A DNA stretch of 32,000 bases, from the NCBI RefSeq assembly GCF_017876815.1, contig NZ_JAGIOS010000003.1:1320001-1352000 (forward strand), written 5' to 3'. Shown one piece after another: positions 15,495 through 26,188 of this stretch (the stretch's first letter is position 1; every line of letters begins with the position of its first letter). A program made the translations under genes and the position numbers. Source of the DNA: Sinorhizobium meliloti. Its GTDB lineage: Bacteria > Pseudomonadota > Alphaproteobacteria > Rhizobiales > Rhizobiaceae. Below the pieces are notes generated by a model that saw only the letters and a list, made by a program, of their open reading frames with translations, did not search any database and was not told the origin of the DNA.

Positions 15495-16682
15495 ATGCAG
15501 CCTACAATGCCGTCCTATAACTTTCTGCCGGAGGATTTCAAGGTCTATGTCGGCGCGGATGGAGGTGTGTCTTACATGCCCGGCCCGCAGCGGCAGGAGC
15601 GCACTTTGCCGACGATCAATCGTTACGGGGGGCCTGACGGTGGCTATGTCGCGGTCTGTTCGCGTGTGGCGGATCATGCTGTCTATTCCGTTGGCGACGG
15701 GATCTATGTGGTTGGCCAGATCAGGCTGCAAGGCGCCTATGAGGGGCGCTTTTTCGTGCCGAAGGGCTATGGAAGAAAGGGCATCAGCGCTGCTCCGGAC
15801 ATGAAGGCGATATGCGATCAAGCCTTTCCCGGTAGCGCACCAAACTGGGCGAGCGGCGATGCCGGCGGTTGGTTTGGTCTGCTGATCGATAAGCGGGACG
15901 TTCGCGATAAGATCCTCACGTTGGATTTGCCCCAGCAATTGCCGGAAAAGGTTGATTTGCGACGATGGTGCTCGCAGGTCCAAAATCAGGGCACCTTGAA
16001 CGCCTGCACCGCCTACGCCGCCTCGGCCATCCTGGAATATTTCGAAAATCGCGCCGGCGGAAACGCAGTGTCGCTGTCGGAAATTTTCCTTTACAAGGTC
16101 ACGCGCAACCTGATGCACAAGACGGGCGACACGGGAGCCAATACGCGATCCGTCATGAAGGCTTTGGCAGCCTTAGGCACGGTGCCGGAAGAATATTGGC
16201 CGGATGACGCATCCCAATTCGATGCTGAACCGTCTGCCTTTGCCTATGCGCTGGCAGGTCGTTATCGCTCTCTCAAGTACAGCAGGATTGATGCGAAGGA
16301 CCGTTCAAAGGACGTGGTGTTGCGCCAGGCCAAGACATTGCTCAGTCGGAACCGTCCGGTCATGTTTGGCGTCATGGCGTATTTCGGCACCTGGCAGCAA
16401 TTCGTGACGTCCGATCGCCTGCCTTACCCGAGTGAGGATGACACGCTTTTTGGCGCCCATAACATTGCCGTCATGGGCTATGACGATGGCATCACAACGG
16501 AAAATGCCAAGAACCCCGGCATCAAGACGAGGGGCGCCTTCCTCATTAAAAACTCCTATGGCGAGGAGTGGGGTGACAAGGGCTACGGCTGGATTCCTTA
16601 CGATTACCTACTGAAACATCAGTCGATTGACTGGTGGACGATCACCAAGCAGGAATGGCTCGACATGAGCGTGTTCAGCTAA
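15495..16682 (+). CDS. Papain-family (C1) cysteine peptidase with about 130-aa N-terminal domain of unknown function (395 aa)
   Basis: Catalytic motifs VQNQGTLNACTAYAAS (Gln/Cys), GAHNIAVMGYDD (His), FLIKNSYGEEWGDKGYGWIPY (Asn). No signal peptide is apparent. GGAG lies 6 nt upstream of ATG 15495. The track's upstream extension (15114) overlaps the lanM-like gene. Confidence 0.85.
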   Translation: MQPTMPSYNFLPEDFKVYVGADGGVSYMPGPQRQERTLPTINRYGGPDGGYVAVCSRVADHAVYSVGDGIYVVGQIRLQGAYEGRFFVPKGYGRKGISAAPDMKAICDQAFPGSAPNWASGDAGGWFGLLIDKRDVRDKILTLDLPQQLPEKVDLRRWCSQVQNQGTLNACTAYAASAILEYFENRAGGNAVSLSEIFLYKVTRNLMHKTGDTGANTRSVMKALAALGTVPEEYWPDDASQFDAEPSAFAYALAGRYRSLKYSRIDAKDRSKDVVLRQAKTLLSRNRPVMFGVMAYFGTWQQFVTSDRLPYPSEDDTLFGAHNIAVMGYDDGITTENAKNPGIKTRGAFLIKNSYGEEWGDKGYGWIPYDYLLKHQSIDWWTITKQEWLDMSVFS

Positions 16683-16701
16683 ATGAAAGGTATAAAATGC
16701 A

Positions 16702-16733
16702 AACCCGTTTCCGCGTGACCGCGGAAACGGGTT
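16702..16733 (+). terminator. Strong hairpin 20 nt after the protease stop
   Basis: aacccgtttccgcg-tgac-cgcggaaacgggtt: 14-bp perfect stem, followed by cttctcc (poor U-tract), A-rich on the 5' side. Confidence 0.6.
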
Positions 16734-17070
16734 CTTCTCCTGACTTTTCGTTAGCCGAGTCATCATGGTAGCCTCCTCGATGCTGGTTCCGCTGATCGGT
16801 CGAAATCCGCCGACTTAAAACCAGTAAGGAGAAAGATGTTCGGGCGTACGCGAGGGACCTTAAGCGAAGGCATGATGCGGCGGATGCGTTTTGTTGGCGT
16901 TCTCGACTTTCTGCCACGTTGAATACGAATCGTAGAGCATGGGGTAATCGCGGTGCGATCGTCCAAAGCCTTTTCGTAAGATGATGCTGACGGGGTGGTC
17001 GCCCCCGATGAGATGGAAAGACGGGCTCACGATTGGAACCGGCTAATATCAAGCGGCAGCAACCCGGGAC

Positions 17071-17700
17071 CAATATATTGGGCTTGATGTTCATTGAAAG
17101 ATACGGCGACCTCGGTTCGGGAGGGCGGGAAGCGGATCTGGCGGGGAAAGTGCCTTTCGGACCCAAAGCTCGGGGCTGACATTACCCGCAAGCACGCGCC
17201 GCACGCCAGGCGCGTCGCCTTCGAAAACGGGGCCGCTGTCGACGTGGTTCTATCATGCGCTAATGGCCGAAGGGGCTCCGGCGATCTGCATTGAAGCGCG
17301 GCACGCGCATAAGGTATTGAGCGAAACACTCAACAAGACCGACGCCAATGATGCCGATAGCCTGGCTCAGCTCGCTGAAGTCGGCTTTTTATAAAACGGT
17401 TCGCGTCACGTCGTTCGACGCTATGATGGCCCACGCGTTGGGGCGGCCGCAATCTGCTGCTGAGCCTCTCAAGCCAACTTGGCAATCAGATCCGCGGTGT
17501 CATGAAGACGTTCGGCCTTATCGTGCGCAACGGCACACGTCGGATTTTTGATCCCAATGTTCGAGAGCTTCTGGAGAATCAGACTACTTTGGTACAGATC
17601 ATTTTGCCCTTACTTGATGCGTGGCGCGATCTTCGCAAGCGTGCGGCCATTCTTGAACGTCAGCTCATCGCAGAGGGCGCGGCAGAGCCCGGCTACAAAG
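17071..17700 (+). pseudogene. IS110-family transposase pseudogene (N-terminal two thirds, several frameshifts, no start, C-terminus missing)
   Basis: QYIGLDVH-stop / KDTATSVREGGKRIWRGKCLSDPK..ITRKHAPHARRVAFENG / PLSTWFYHALMAEGAPAICIEARHAHKVLSETLNKTDANDADSLAQLAEVGFYKTVRV / SSQLGNQIRGVMKTFGLIVRNG...ILPLLDAWRDLRKRAAILERQL, spread over three frames. Confidence 0.8.
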
Positions 17701-18109
17701 ATGCTTTATATCTCCCAAGTCCTGTATCTCGGGACGCGGGTCTCCAGATTTGGCCTCGAGGCGCGATAGAGGGTCGCCAGCGCGATATAGCCGCTTACCT
17801 GCCGGCGCAAAGCGACATCAGCGAGCACGAGCTGCTTCAGAAGCTCATCAGACGACTTCAGGCCGCCAGGCGAAGAATGCGCTTGGCAACGATTGGCGCG
17901 GCTGGTGGCCCGACGAAGATCCCGACGATGGTGGCGATGATACCGCCTGATCGAAGGTGCCGGGTTGGCCGCTGCTGTTCCGCACGGCCCCGGCTGGCAG
18001 TCGCCAGTTGCAATCCCCCACTCAGCCGCTTCTGGTTTACTCTACCAGCCCTCTTTTGACTGAAATCGAGCCTTCGACGAGCAGTTAGGGACCAACCCAG
18101 AGAGGCTGC

Positions 18110-18586
18110 ATGTTGAAAAATTCGTCCTGTTGTTCACCGGTGTTGGCGCTGCTCTTGTCGGCCAGCCTCGCGACGACTGCCGAAACCATTACCGGCCGCT
18201 CAAGGGTGATCGACGGAGATACAATCGAAATCAGAGGCGAGCGCATCCGCTTGCACGGCGTCGATGCTCCGGAAAGCTGGCGAGGATGCGAAGACGGCGA
18301 CGGCGGTACCTATCGCTGCGGTAAAGAGGCCGCTTACGCGCTAGACAGTTCTGTTGCCCCGTCGCGCCCTATTCGTTGCGAGCTCGTCGAGCGCACTCGA
18401 TACAAGCGCCGGGTCAGCATTTGCTTTCGCGCCGACGGTCGCGAGGTCAATCGCTGGCTGGTTGAGAGTGGCAACGCGGCAGATTGGCCCTGTTGCGGCA
18501 AAGCGGGACACCTGGCGAGGAAGGTTCGTCCTGCCGTGCGAGGCGCGCGTGCGGTCCGCACAAAACGGAACGCATCATCATGCTGA
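18110..18586 (+). pseudogene. Secreted staphylococcal-nuclease (SNase/thermonuclease)-like protein, C-terminus frameshifted
   Basis: Signal-like N-terminus, then RVIDGDTIEIRGERIRLHGVDAPES...CGKEA...RYKRRVSICFADGREVNRWLVESGNA. The expected tail (WRGRFVLP..) is found in the ORF 18354..18602 in another frame. Confidence 0.65.
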
Positions 18587-19214
18587 TGCTGGCAGAGCAT
18601 GATGGTTGTGTATCTTCGCGCCTCCCCTAGTGCAGCATACCAAAGGATAAATTCATGCCAACCTATCCGCGATAATGAGAGCGCAATCAGCTACCTCAGC
18701 GAGGTTGCAGAGAGGCTCAACAAGCAACGGATTAAGGTCCAGGGCGAGAACATGGTGACGAAGTCCCTGATCAAACGGCTCATGATGCTCGTTGTCCTCC
18801 CTCGCGCCGAGTTCCGCCAGGGCTGGGATGAGGCACTTGACTCGACCGCGGCGATTGGATACCGAAATTGGAACAGGCAAATGAGCCAACGCGGGCGTTC
18901 GTTCAAGCTGCGATAGACCTTCTCGCCTACTACGAGACATCCTCGCCTGACCACGACCCACGGTGTTCTCAGGGTACTTGAGGGAGGCTTGCGGGATTGA
19001 TGCCCCCCGGTTCTGCCGCTTCCACGGGCGAAGCCGTACAGCGCGTTTTCTCTGCGTGGTGAGATTCGCAAACACCTTGCCGAGCGTGCCCTGAGTCGAA
19101 TTTGGGCTAAATAGAAGCACGTCCGACACAGCCGAGTTGCTGCGGCCCTCCCTTTTTTCGTCGTTTCCACCCCGGCGCAAAACTTTCGCGCTTCCTGACG
19201 TCGTCATTTGTCGT

Positions 19215-19502
19215 CAGCCGCGCCGCAGTGGGCGCCTAACAGCACCGGACTCCGTAGCGGCCTCGCGCGTGTTGAAATGGTTGCTTCTGCGGGTGGATTC
19301 CCAGCGCCCGCGCGCAGCGCCGAGCCTGCTGATGTTCACAATTGTTGACAGTTTCGGTGCAGGGGATCGCTTCGACTCGACTTCAAAGCAACTTCTTGCT
19401 TGAAATCTTCCGCCGAAAAAGCACCGATCCATCTACATTGGCCGCGTGAACTTGAATTATGCTCTTGGCCAAATCCAAACCGATTATGCTAACCTTTTCC
19501 AT
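19215..19502 (-). pseudogene. IS110-family transposase relic (clear 39-aa N-terminus, degraded thereafter)
   Basis: MEKVSIIGLDLAKSIIQVHAANVDGSVLFRRKISSKKLL-stop (19383..19502) is a typical IS110-group N-terminus. Downstream frames keep only faint similarity. Confidence 0.6.
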
Positions 19503-20534
19503 GGACGCTCTCCCTTGTAATGGTTCCAACACAACCATTCTGGTACGAAGATGCCGTAGAGTGGGAGCGTCCACCCCATCGCTCACGTTGAATCAGCAGT
19601 CGCTGTCTTTGGTAGAAAAAGGCCATGTATCGACTGGAATGCTCGCCGTTGCTGCGGCCGACGACGCGCCGGGTATGGTGCCTACGACTCTCAGGGTAGG
19701 GATGACGCTGCAGGGGCCGTACTGAACGCGCGCTGGGCGCACTTCAACAATCATGCAGCCAACCAGTTTGGGCGGTCCCCGACCGTTGCACTTCATCCTC
19801 GTCGACTGCGCACCAGTCGCAAATCCGACATATGTCGATGCCGACCTCCGCGCCACGATGAAGCACGATCAGTTTATGTGCTTTGCGATACATGTATGAG
19901 GCGACATACGCGCGACTCTGTCCTTCATCATCAACGATTTCGAAGATATACCTCAAACAAATCACCCGCAGTAATTGTACAATCTGAGGAGTATTCGCCA
20001 ACGCTTGGGGGAGGCTTGTACCCTTCCGCCCAAAGGAGCGCTTTCCATTCTGCCGGATACGGGCTCCTTAGCGACGAGTAACACGCGGCTTGCGCCTCGA
20101 TGGCTTATTAGCGTCTTGACCGCGCGAGACCTCCCTTGGAATTTGGAAAAGATATCGCGTTCGGCATAACCCCCCTCGCAACTCGAAGCTGAAGTCTAGG
20201 AGATTCCCGCTTCAGAGTTTCGGTTGTGACCCCTGCCTTCATATTGATGATCCTTCCCTTCCCTGGACCTCGCGCCATCGCCCCTGTCCTGGATACAAGC
20301 CTCAAAGTTCCGGCAACCGCACGGGGCAGACGAAGATCCGGCTGTGGTGCCGCTCCCCACGGCCCTGCGGCTTGGAAGGTGACAATCCGACAGCCGGCCG
20401 CCGGGCGGGATGACGGCCGGCCCCGAGACGATCCTCATGCAGAGATTCACATCCAAGAAGGTGGCCAGCAGACCGGATGATCAGCGTCGGATCGACCTGT
20501 CTCAACGAGATCGCTCGCGTCTCTTTGTTGCGTA

Positions 20535-20562
20535 CAAAAAAGGGCGGCCCGAGAGCCGCCCT
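20535..20562 (-). terminator. Rho-independent terminator of groESL
   Basis: On the reverse strand: agggcggc-tctcgg-gccgccct followed by TTTTTT, 38 nt after the groEL stop. Confidence 0.85.
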
Positions 20563-20599
20563 TCGGATCCGGATGGATCGTGCTAAGGCTGTCGCCTTA

Positions 20600-22279
<1,680 letters not shown>

Positions 22280-22312
22280 TCAAATTGCGGAAGTTTGAAG
22301 GGTTGCCGGCGA

Positions 22313-22609
22313 TCAGCCGATGACACCCATGATGTCGGCTTCCTTCATGATCAGAAGGTCTTCGCCGTTGATCTTGACTTCGCTGCCGGACCACTTGCCG
22401 AACAGGATGCGGTCGCCGGCCTTGACGTCGAGCGGAACAACCTTGCCGCTTTCGTCACGGGCACCCGAACCGACAGCGACGATTTCGCCTTCCTGCGGCT
22501 TTTCCTTAGCGGTGTCCGGAATGATGATGCCGCCCTTGGTCTTTTCTTCAGACTCGACGCGGCGGACGACAACGCGGTCGTGCAGCGGACGGAAATTGGT
22601 GCTTGCCAT
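22313..22609 (-). CDS. groES: Co-chaperonin GroES (98 aa)
   Basis: [79 protein letters not shown]. Confidence 0.98.
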   Translation of the reverse strand: MASTNFRPLHDRVVVRRVESEEKTKGGIIIPDTAKEKPQEGEIVAVGSGARDESGKVVPLDVKAGDRILFGKWSGSEVKINGEDLLIMKEADIMGVIG

Positions 22610-22664
22610 TGTCTAATCCCTCGATCATTGACACTGCGGATTTTGAACGACCCGGTGGTGGTTG

Positions 22665-22691
22665 TTAGCACTCTTCACACGAGAGTGCTAG
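22665..22691. promoter_or_regulatory. CIRCE operator (HrcA binding site) upstream of groES
   Basis: TTAGCACTC-ttcacacga-GAGTGCTAg matches TTAGCACTC-N9-GAGTGCTAA with one mismatch, 56 nt upstream of the groES start. Confidence 0.9.
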
Positions 22692-22856
22692 CTCCGTGGC
22701 TGAGATACGTTCGTCGCAGATCTGTCGTCGCGGGACATCATTGCAGGACAGCTTTGAGACCTGTTCGGAAGCGCGAGACAGTGAAGGGATGGGAAAACTC
22801 CACCTTCGTCCCAGCACGACTCATTTTACCCTTGCTGCGGCTAGAGCACGTCCACT

Positions 22857-23444
22857 TTAATCCGGGTCATATCCTGCTGCTGCGAAGTAGTTCGCACACT
22901 CTTGCGGCTCGAAGAGCTTGACGATGTCGCCAACGGTGTTCCACAGGGCGTCGACGGAGCGTTCGGCCCTTGCCCGCAGAAGCGCCTTGAGCTTTGAGAA
23001 GGCGTTTTCGATCGGGTTGAAGTCGGGGCTATAGGGCGGGAGATAGAGCAGCGTGCAGCCAGCGGTTTCTATGGCCTGTCGGATGCCATCTGCCTTGTGG
23101 GCCGGCAGGTTGTCCATGACGACGATGTCGCCGGGCGTGAAGGTTGGCACGAGAACCTGCTCGACATAGGCCTTGAAAGCAACTCCGTTCATCGCCCCGT
23201 CAAGGACCATTGGCGCGGTCATGCCGGAGAGCCTGAGCGCCCCGGTGAACGTCGTAGTTTTCCAATGACCGTGCGGAACGCCCGATCGGCAACGCTCTCC
23301 GCGCGGAGAGCGACCGCGAAGTCGGGACATCTTCGTGGAAAGACCCGTCTCGTCTATGAAGACGAGGCGGGCTGGATCGAGATCAAGCTGTGCATCGAAC
23401 CAGTCCTGACGCCGCTTCAGGAGGTCTGGCCGCTCCTGCTCCAA
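22857..23444 (-). CDS. IS630-family transposase, DDE catalytic part (orfB)
   Basis: [13 protein letters not shown]...[10 protein letters not shown]...[22 protein letters not shown] (DDE with the characteristic PYSPDxNPIE). Confidence 0.9.
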   Translation of the reverse strand: MEQERPDLLKRRQDWFDAQLDLDPARLVFIDETGLSTKMSRLRGRSPRGERCRSGVPHGHWKTTTFTGALRLSGMTAPMVLDGAMNGVAFKAYVEQVLVPTFTPGDIVVMDNLPAHKADGIRQAIETAGCTLLYLPPYSPDFNPIENAFSKLKALLRARAERSVDALWNTVGDIVKLFEPQECANYFAAAGYDPD

Positions 23445-23800
23445 TGCATGTGCGGTCTTTTTTTGAATGTGAAGCCGCGCTTGCGCAGCCAGACGTCGAG
23501 GGTGCTGCGGCCGATAGAGACGGATCGGTCCTCTTCCAGACGCAAAACCATCTCGTTCAGCGTGATGTCCTTCGACGCCTCGATCATGCCGATGATGAAA
23601 GCCTCATGATCGTCGAGACGGGAACCTCCAGGTCGACCCTGCTTGGCAGCGCTCACCTGACCCTGCCGGGCGCTCGCGATCCAGGCAATCGCCGTCGAAA
23701 TCCCGATCCCGAGCCGCGCTGCAGTCGACCGCGCGGACATCCCACCAGCCGACGCAGCCAGAACCCGGTGGCGAAGATCATCACTCAATGCTCGGGCCAT
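23417..23800 (-). CDS. IS630-family transposase, N-terminal HTH part (orfA)
   Basis: [41 protein letters not shown]...[18 protein letters not shown]. After the A7 run, the -1 frame continues [19 protein letters not shown] into orfB. Confidence 0.85.
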   Translation of the reverse strand: MARALSDDLRHRVLAASAGGMSARSTAARLGIGISTAIAWIASARQGQVSAAKQGRPGGSRLDDHEAFIIGMIEASKDITLNEMVLRLEEDRSVSIGRSTLDVWLRKRGFTFKKRPHMHWSRSGQTS

Positions 23801-23878
23801 ATTCCCTCCGACAAATCAAAGACAGCAGGAGGGAATCACAGAACGCTCTGAAAAGGAATCCTCACGCCGATTCCGCTT

Positions 23879-24136
23879 TCATCGGACGCGCTTGGTTTTC
23901 GACGTAACCACGTAAATTGCATCTCCGACCGTGATCACGGCCTTTGCCACGTCATCTGAAAGTTCGATATTGAACTCGTCCTGAATCATCATGACGATTT
24001 GAGCGACTTCGAGAAAGTCGGCGCCGAGGTCATCGACCAGAGACGCGTCGTCCACAGCATGGGCAGGGTCGACGCCCAACTGCTCGACGATTATTGCTCT
24101 TATACGGTTAGAGACGTCCGCGCTGGATTTTTCCAC
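23879..24136 (-). CDS. Acyl carrier protein homologue lacking the phosphopantetheine-attachment Ser (85 aa)
   Basis: IRAIIVEQLGVDPAHAVDDASLVDDLGADFLEVAQIVMMIQDEFNIELSDD..ITVGDAI is ACP-like, but the DSL motif reads DFL (TTT at 24014-24016 reverse strand, one substitution from TCT). Confidence 0.7.
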   Translation of the reverse strand: MEKSSADVSNRIRAIIVEQLGVDPAHAVDDASLVDDLGADFLEVAQIVMMIQDEFNIELSDDVAKAVITVGDAIYVVTSKTKRVR

Positions 24137-24237
24137 CGGTGTCCTCCCTTAAAGCATGATCACGCTTCTCCCGGCCTGCTCGGGCACCGAGACGTGAGCA
24201 TAATCATCGCTTTTCTCTATACCATTAATCTCGACGT

Positions 24238-24314
24238 CGCAGACAGGGCATCTGGTAAGCCGCGTGGCTCACACAACCACGAAAGACCGGGTTCGATTCC
24301 CGGGCCTGCAACCA
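24238..24314 (+). tRNA. tRNA-like relic / pseudo-tRNA (canonical T-arm and CCA end, imperfect acceptor, 9-nt anticodon loop)
   Basis: T-arm ccggg-ttcgatt-cccgg (24287-24303), then gcctgca-a-cca. 5' acceptor cgcagac pairs at 5 of 7 positions. D-arm ggc-atctggtaa-gcc. Anticodon stem cgtgg/ccacg encloses ctcacacaa, which would read as a CAC anticodon loop if 2 nt (ac) are extra. Confidence 0.45.
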
Positions 24315-24732
24315 ACACACAAACCGGCCACCCCGTTTCATCTTAGGGGCGTCTGAGGAACCACTTCCGGTACATCGGGGGGCACCTCATTCTCTGGAAC
24401 GAACCAAAGTATGCTCACCATGAGAGCGATGGGGATGCTGATGAGTAAAAGGAAGGCGACGGCGGCTCTTCCTCACATTAAATAACGTTAAGATGGTTGG
24501 ACGAAGCCTCAGCCAAGGTGGCCAGCGCGAGTGGCGCATTGTATAGGCGCCTGGAGGGTAGCTCTCAGCCCGCGCCCGCCCATCGGTGACGGTTTTTCGT
24601 TTTCAGGAGCGTAAATGAACACCCCTTCCCGAAGAGCGACCAGCGCATCTCTGAGGGCCCATACCGCGTCCACTTCTATGAGAAATGCAACCATTCGCCA
24701 GCGTCGTGTTTGGTGCCGCAGGCAATAAGTGA

Positions 24733-25070
24733 GATCAAGAGAAAGGGTTCGCCGACCGGACACCCACTCTGCCGATTTACGAGGAACGCTGCGTGGCAGC
24801 TATCGGTGAAGACGGCAAGGCAATGGCCTTGCTCACCTACGTCTGCGTCGGGGAGGAAATCACGCTCGGCTACACGGCCACCCGATCATCGACGGAAAGG
24901 TACCCACATCGTTCTCTTCAATGCCCTTGTCGACAGAGCCACAAAGCAAGGAAATATCGTTTCAATCGACTCCCGTACGCACGCCAACAACCTGGCCGCC
25001 CAAGCAGCATTCGAAGCGCAAGGTAGGACAAAAGAATACATCACGTATACCTATCCGCTGAAGGATCGGC
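24733..25070 (+). pseudogene. GNAT-family N-acetyltransferase pseudogene (N-terminally truncated, frameshift near 24885)
   Basis: VAAIGEDGKAMALLTYVCVGEEITLGYTAT (frame of ORF 24793) continues in the next frame as DHRRKGTHIVLFNALVDRATKQGNIVSIDSRTHANNLAAQAAFEAQGRTKEYITYTYPL (acetyl-CoA motif R-x-x-G-x-G/A and C-terminal N..A...F...G). Confidence 0.6.
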
Positions 25071-25253
25071 GCGACGGCAAAGGGCCCACGGATGAGGAGA
25101 TGAGGATGCCCGAATACTCGTCGAGCCCTTCGAGGCCCAGACGGCCTCAAGAGCATGCAGGCCTTCATAAACGAGAGAAGGCAGCAGAAGGATATGCGCT
25201 CCACCAGGCAGTGCCGGAAAGCAAATACCGGTGGGTACTGATCTTTTCCTCGC

Positions 25254-25433
25254 TCAGCAGCGCGCAAAGACCAGCCACATGAGCGAGAAGGCAGAGGTGA
25301 ACAGCACCCACCGATTGCTTTCCCGCACTGCCTGGTGGAACGAATAGCCCTTGGCCGCCCACTCGTTGATGAGCACTTCCATGCCCGGCATACCCGTAGG
25401 GTCGGAATCGTATTCAACGACGCGGTAGGGCAT
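25254..25433 (-). CDS. Small protein (59 aa), family uncertain (possibly DUF4177-like)
   Basis: One residue below the track's apparent 60-aa cutoff. ATG 25433: MPYRVVEYDSDPTGMPGMEVLINEWAAKGYSFHQAVRESNRWVLFTSAFSLMWLVFARC. A decayed convergent copy sits on the + strand (...MQAFINERKAAEGYALHQAVPESKYRWVLIF). Confidence 0.45.
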   Translation of the reverse strand: MPYRVVEYDSDPTGMPGMEVLINEWAAKGYSFHQAVRESNRWVLFTSAFSLMWLVFARC

Positions 25434-25835
25434 GGTGGCCTCTTTGTGTGGGAGTAGCCCGCTCGGTACGCTTCTTCGAGCGGCAGCGGGACTTGTTATA
25501 TGGGAGGGCCGTGAGCTTAGCGCTGCTTAGCACGCATACTGTGCGCCATTCGCGCTGGCCACCATCAACTATGACAGGCCCCGGTGAGGGAACTTCACCG
25601 GTGTCGCCTTGCTTTGCTCGCATTCATCGATCGTGATGGGGGATGGATAAGGCAGGCATCGCATTTATGGGTTTAATACTCGTCCTCATCTCTCTCGTGT
25701 TGAGCATCCTGGCAGTCGATCGAACATCGATAGAAGCGCGCCCGAATACGCAGGCGCTGGTTCCCACCGACTACCGGTGAGATTGTTTGCGCCCGCGGGA
25801 ATTCTGGCGGACCTGACAGTTTCCCAGGAAGACTT

Positions 25836-25857
25836 AAAACCCGCCTCGGGAGGCGGG
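25836..25857 (-). terminator. Terminator-like hairpin (reverse strand)
   Basis: Reverse strand: cccgcc-tcccga-ggcggg followed by TTTT. It lies about 145 nt downstream of the candidate small ORF 26002..26076. Confidence 0.45.
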
Positions 25858-26001
25858 TGATCAGTTCGCCATCGTGAAGTCTGGTTCCACGTCCGCCCCA
25901 AGTCGGGCTTTCCATCAGGAGCCATCCAGCAGCAATGTCCTCGAACGAGTTCACTTCTTGTTCCTAGTTATTTAGGCAACCCTTATGTGAACGATGCCCG
26001 G

Positions 26002-26076
26002 TTAGTGCAATGCCAGCATTGTAAATAGGACGACGGCGGCAAGGACGGAGAGGAGAAGGATAGTACCTTCTTTCAT
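26002..26076 (-). CDS. Candidate 24-aa hydrophobic peptide
   Basis: GGAG 10 nt upstream of the ATG. Product MKEGTILLLSVLAAVVLFTMLALH forms a single transmembrane-like helix. Too short to assess statistically. Confidence 0.2.
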   Translation of the reverse strand: MKEGTILLLSVLAAVVLFTMLALH

Positions 26077-26188
26077 GGCATTGTTACTCCTGCCCCAATT
26101 CAGAAAATATGGGGAATCGGACGTCTCTTCACCCATCCGGCCGGCAAACGCAAGAGATCACCATGGCAGGTAAGGACGAACTGCCTGA

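Larger units (their letters stand above)
22845..23850 (-). mobile_element. IS630-family insertion sequence (two overlapping transposase ORFs joined at an A7 slippery run); ends approximate
   Basis: See the two CDS entries. Run of seven A (reverse strand, 23458-23464) lies at the ORF junction. I could not define the terminal inverted repeats confidently. Confidence 0.8.

Noticed and set aside
16675-17166. 163-aa reverse-strand ORF after the protease gene
   Set aside because: It spans the protease terminator hairpin and the start of the IS110 relic, and its Arg/Pro/Ser-rich composition is typical of a non-coding frame.
24238-24314. Functional tRNA, or the acceptor piece of a two-piece alpha-proteobacterial tmRNA
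   Set aside because: The acceptor stem has two mismatches, U8 and U33 are missing, and the anticodon loop has 9 nt. No tag-peptide reading frame (ANDN..-type) is visible nearby. It is kept only as a relic.
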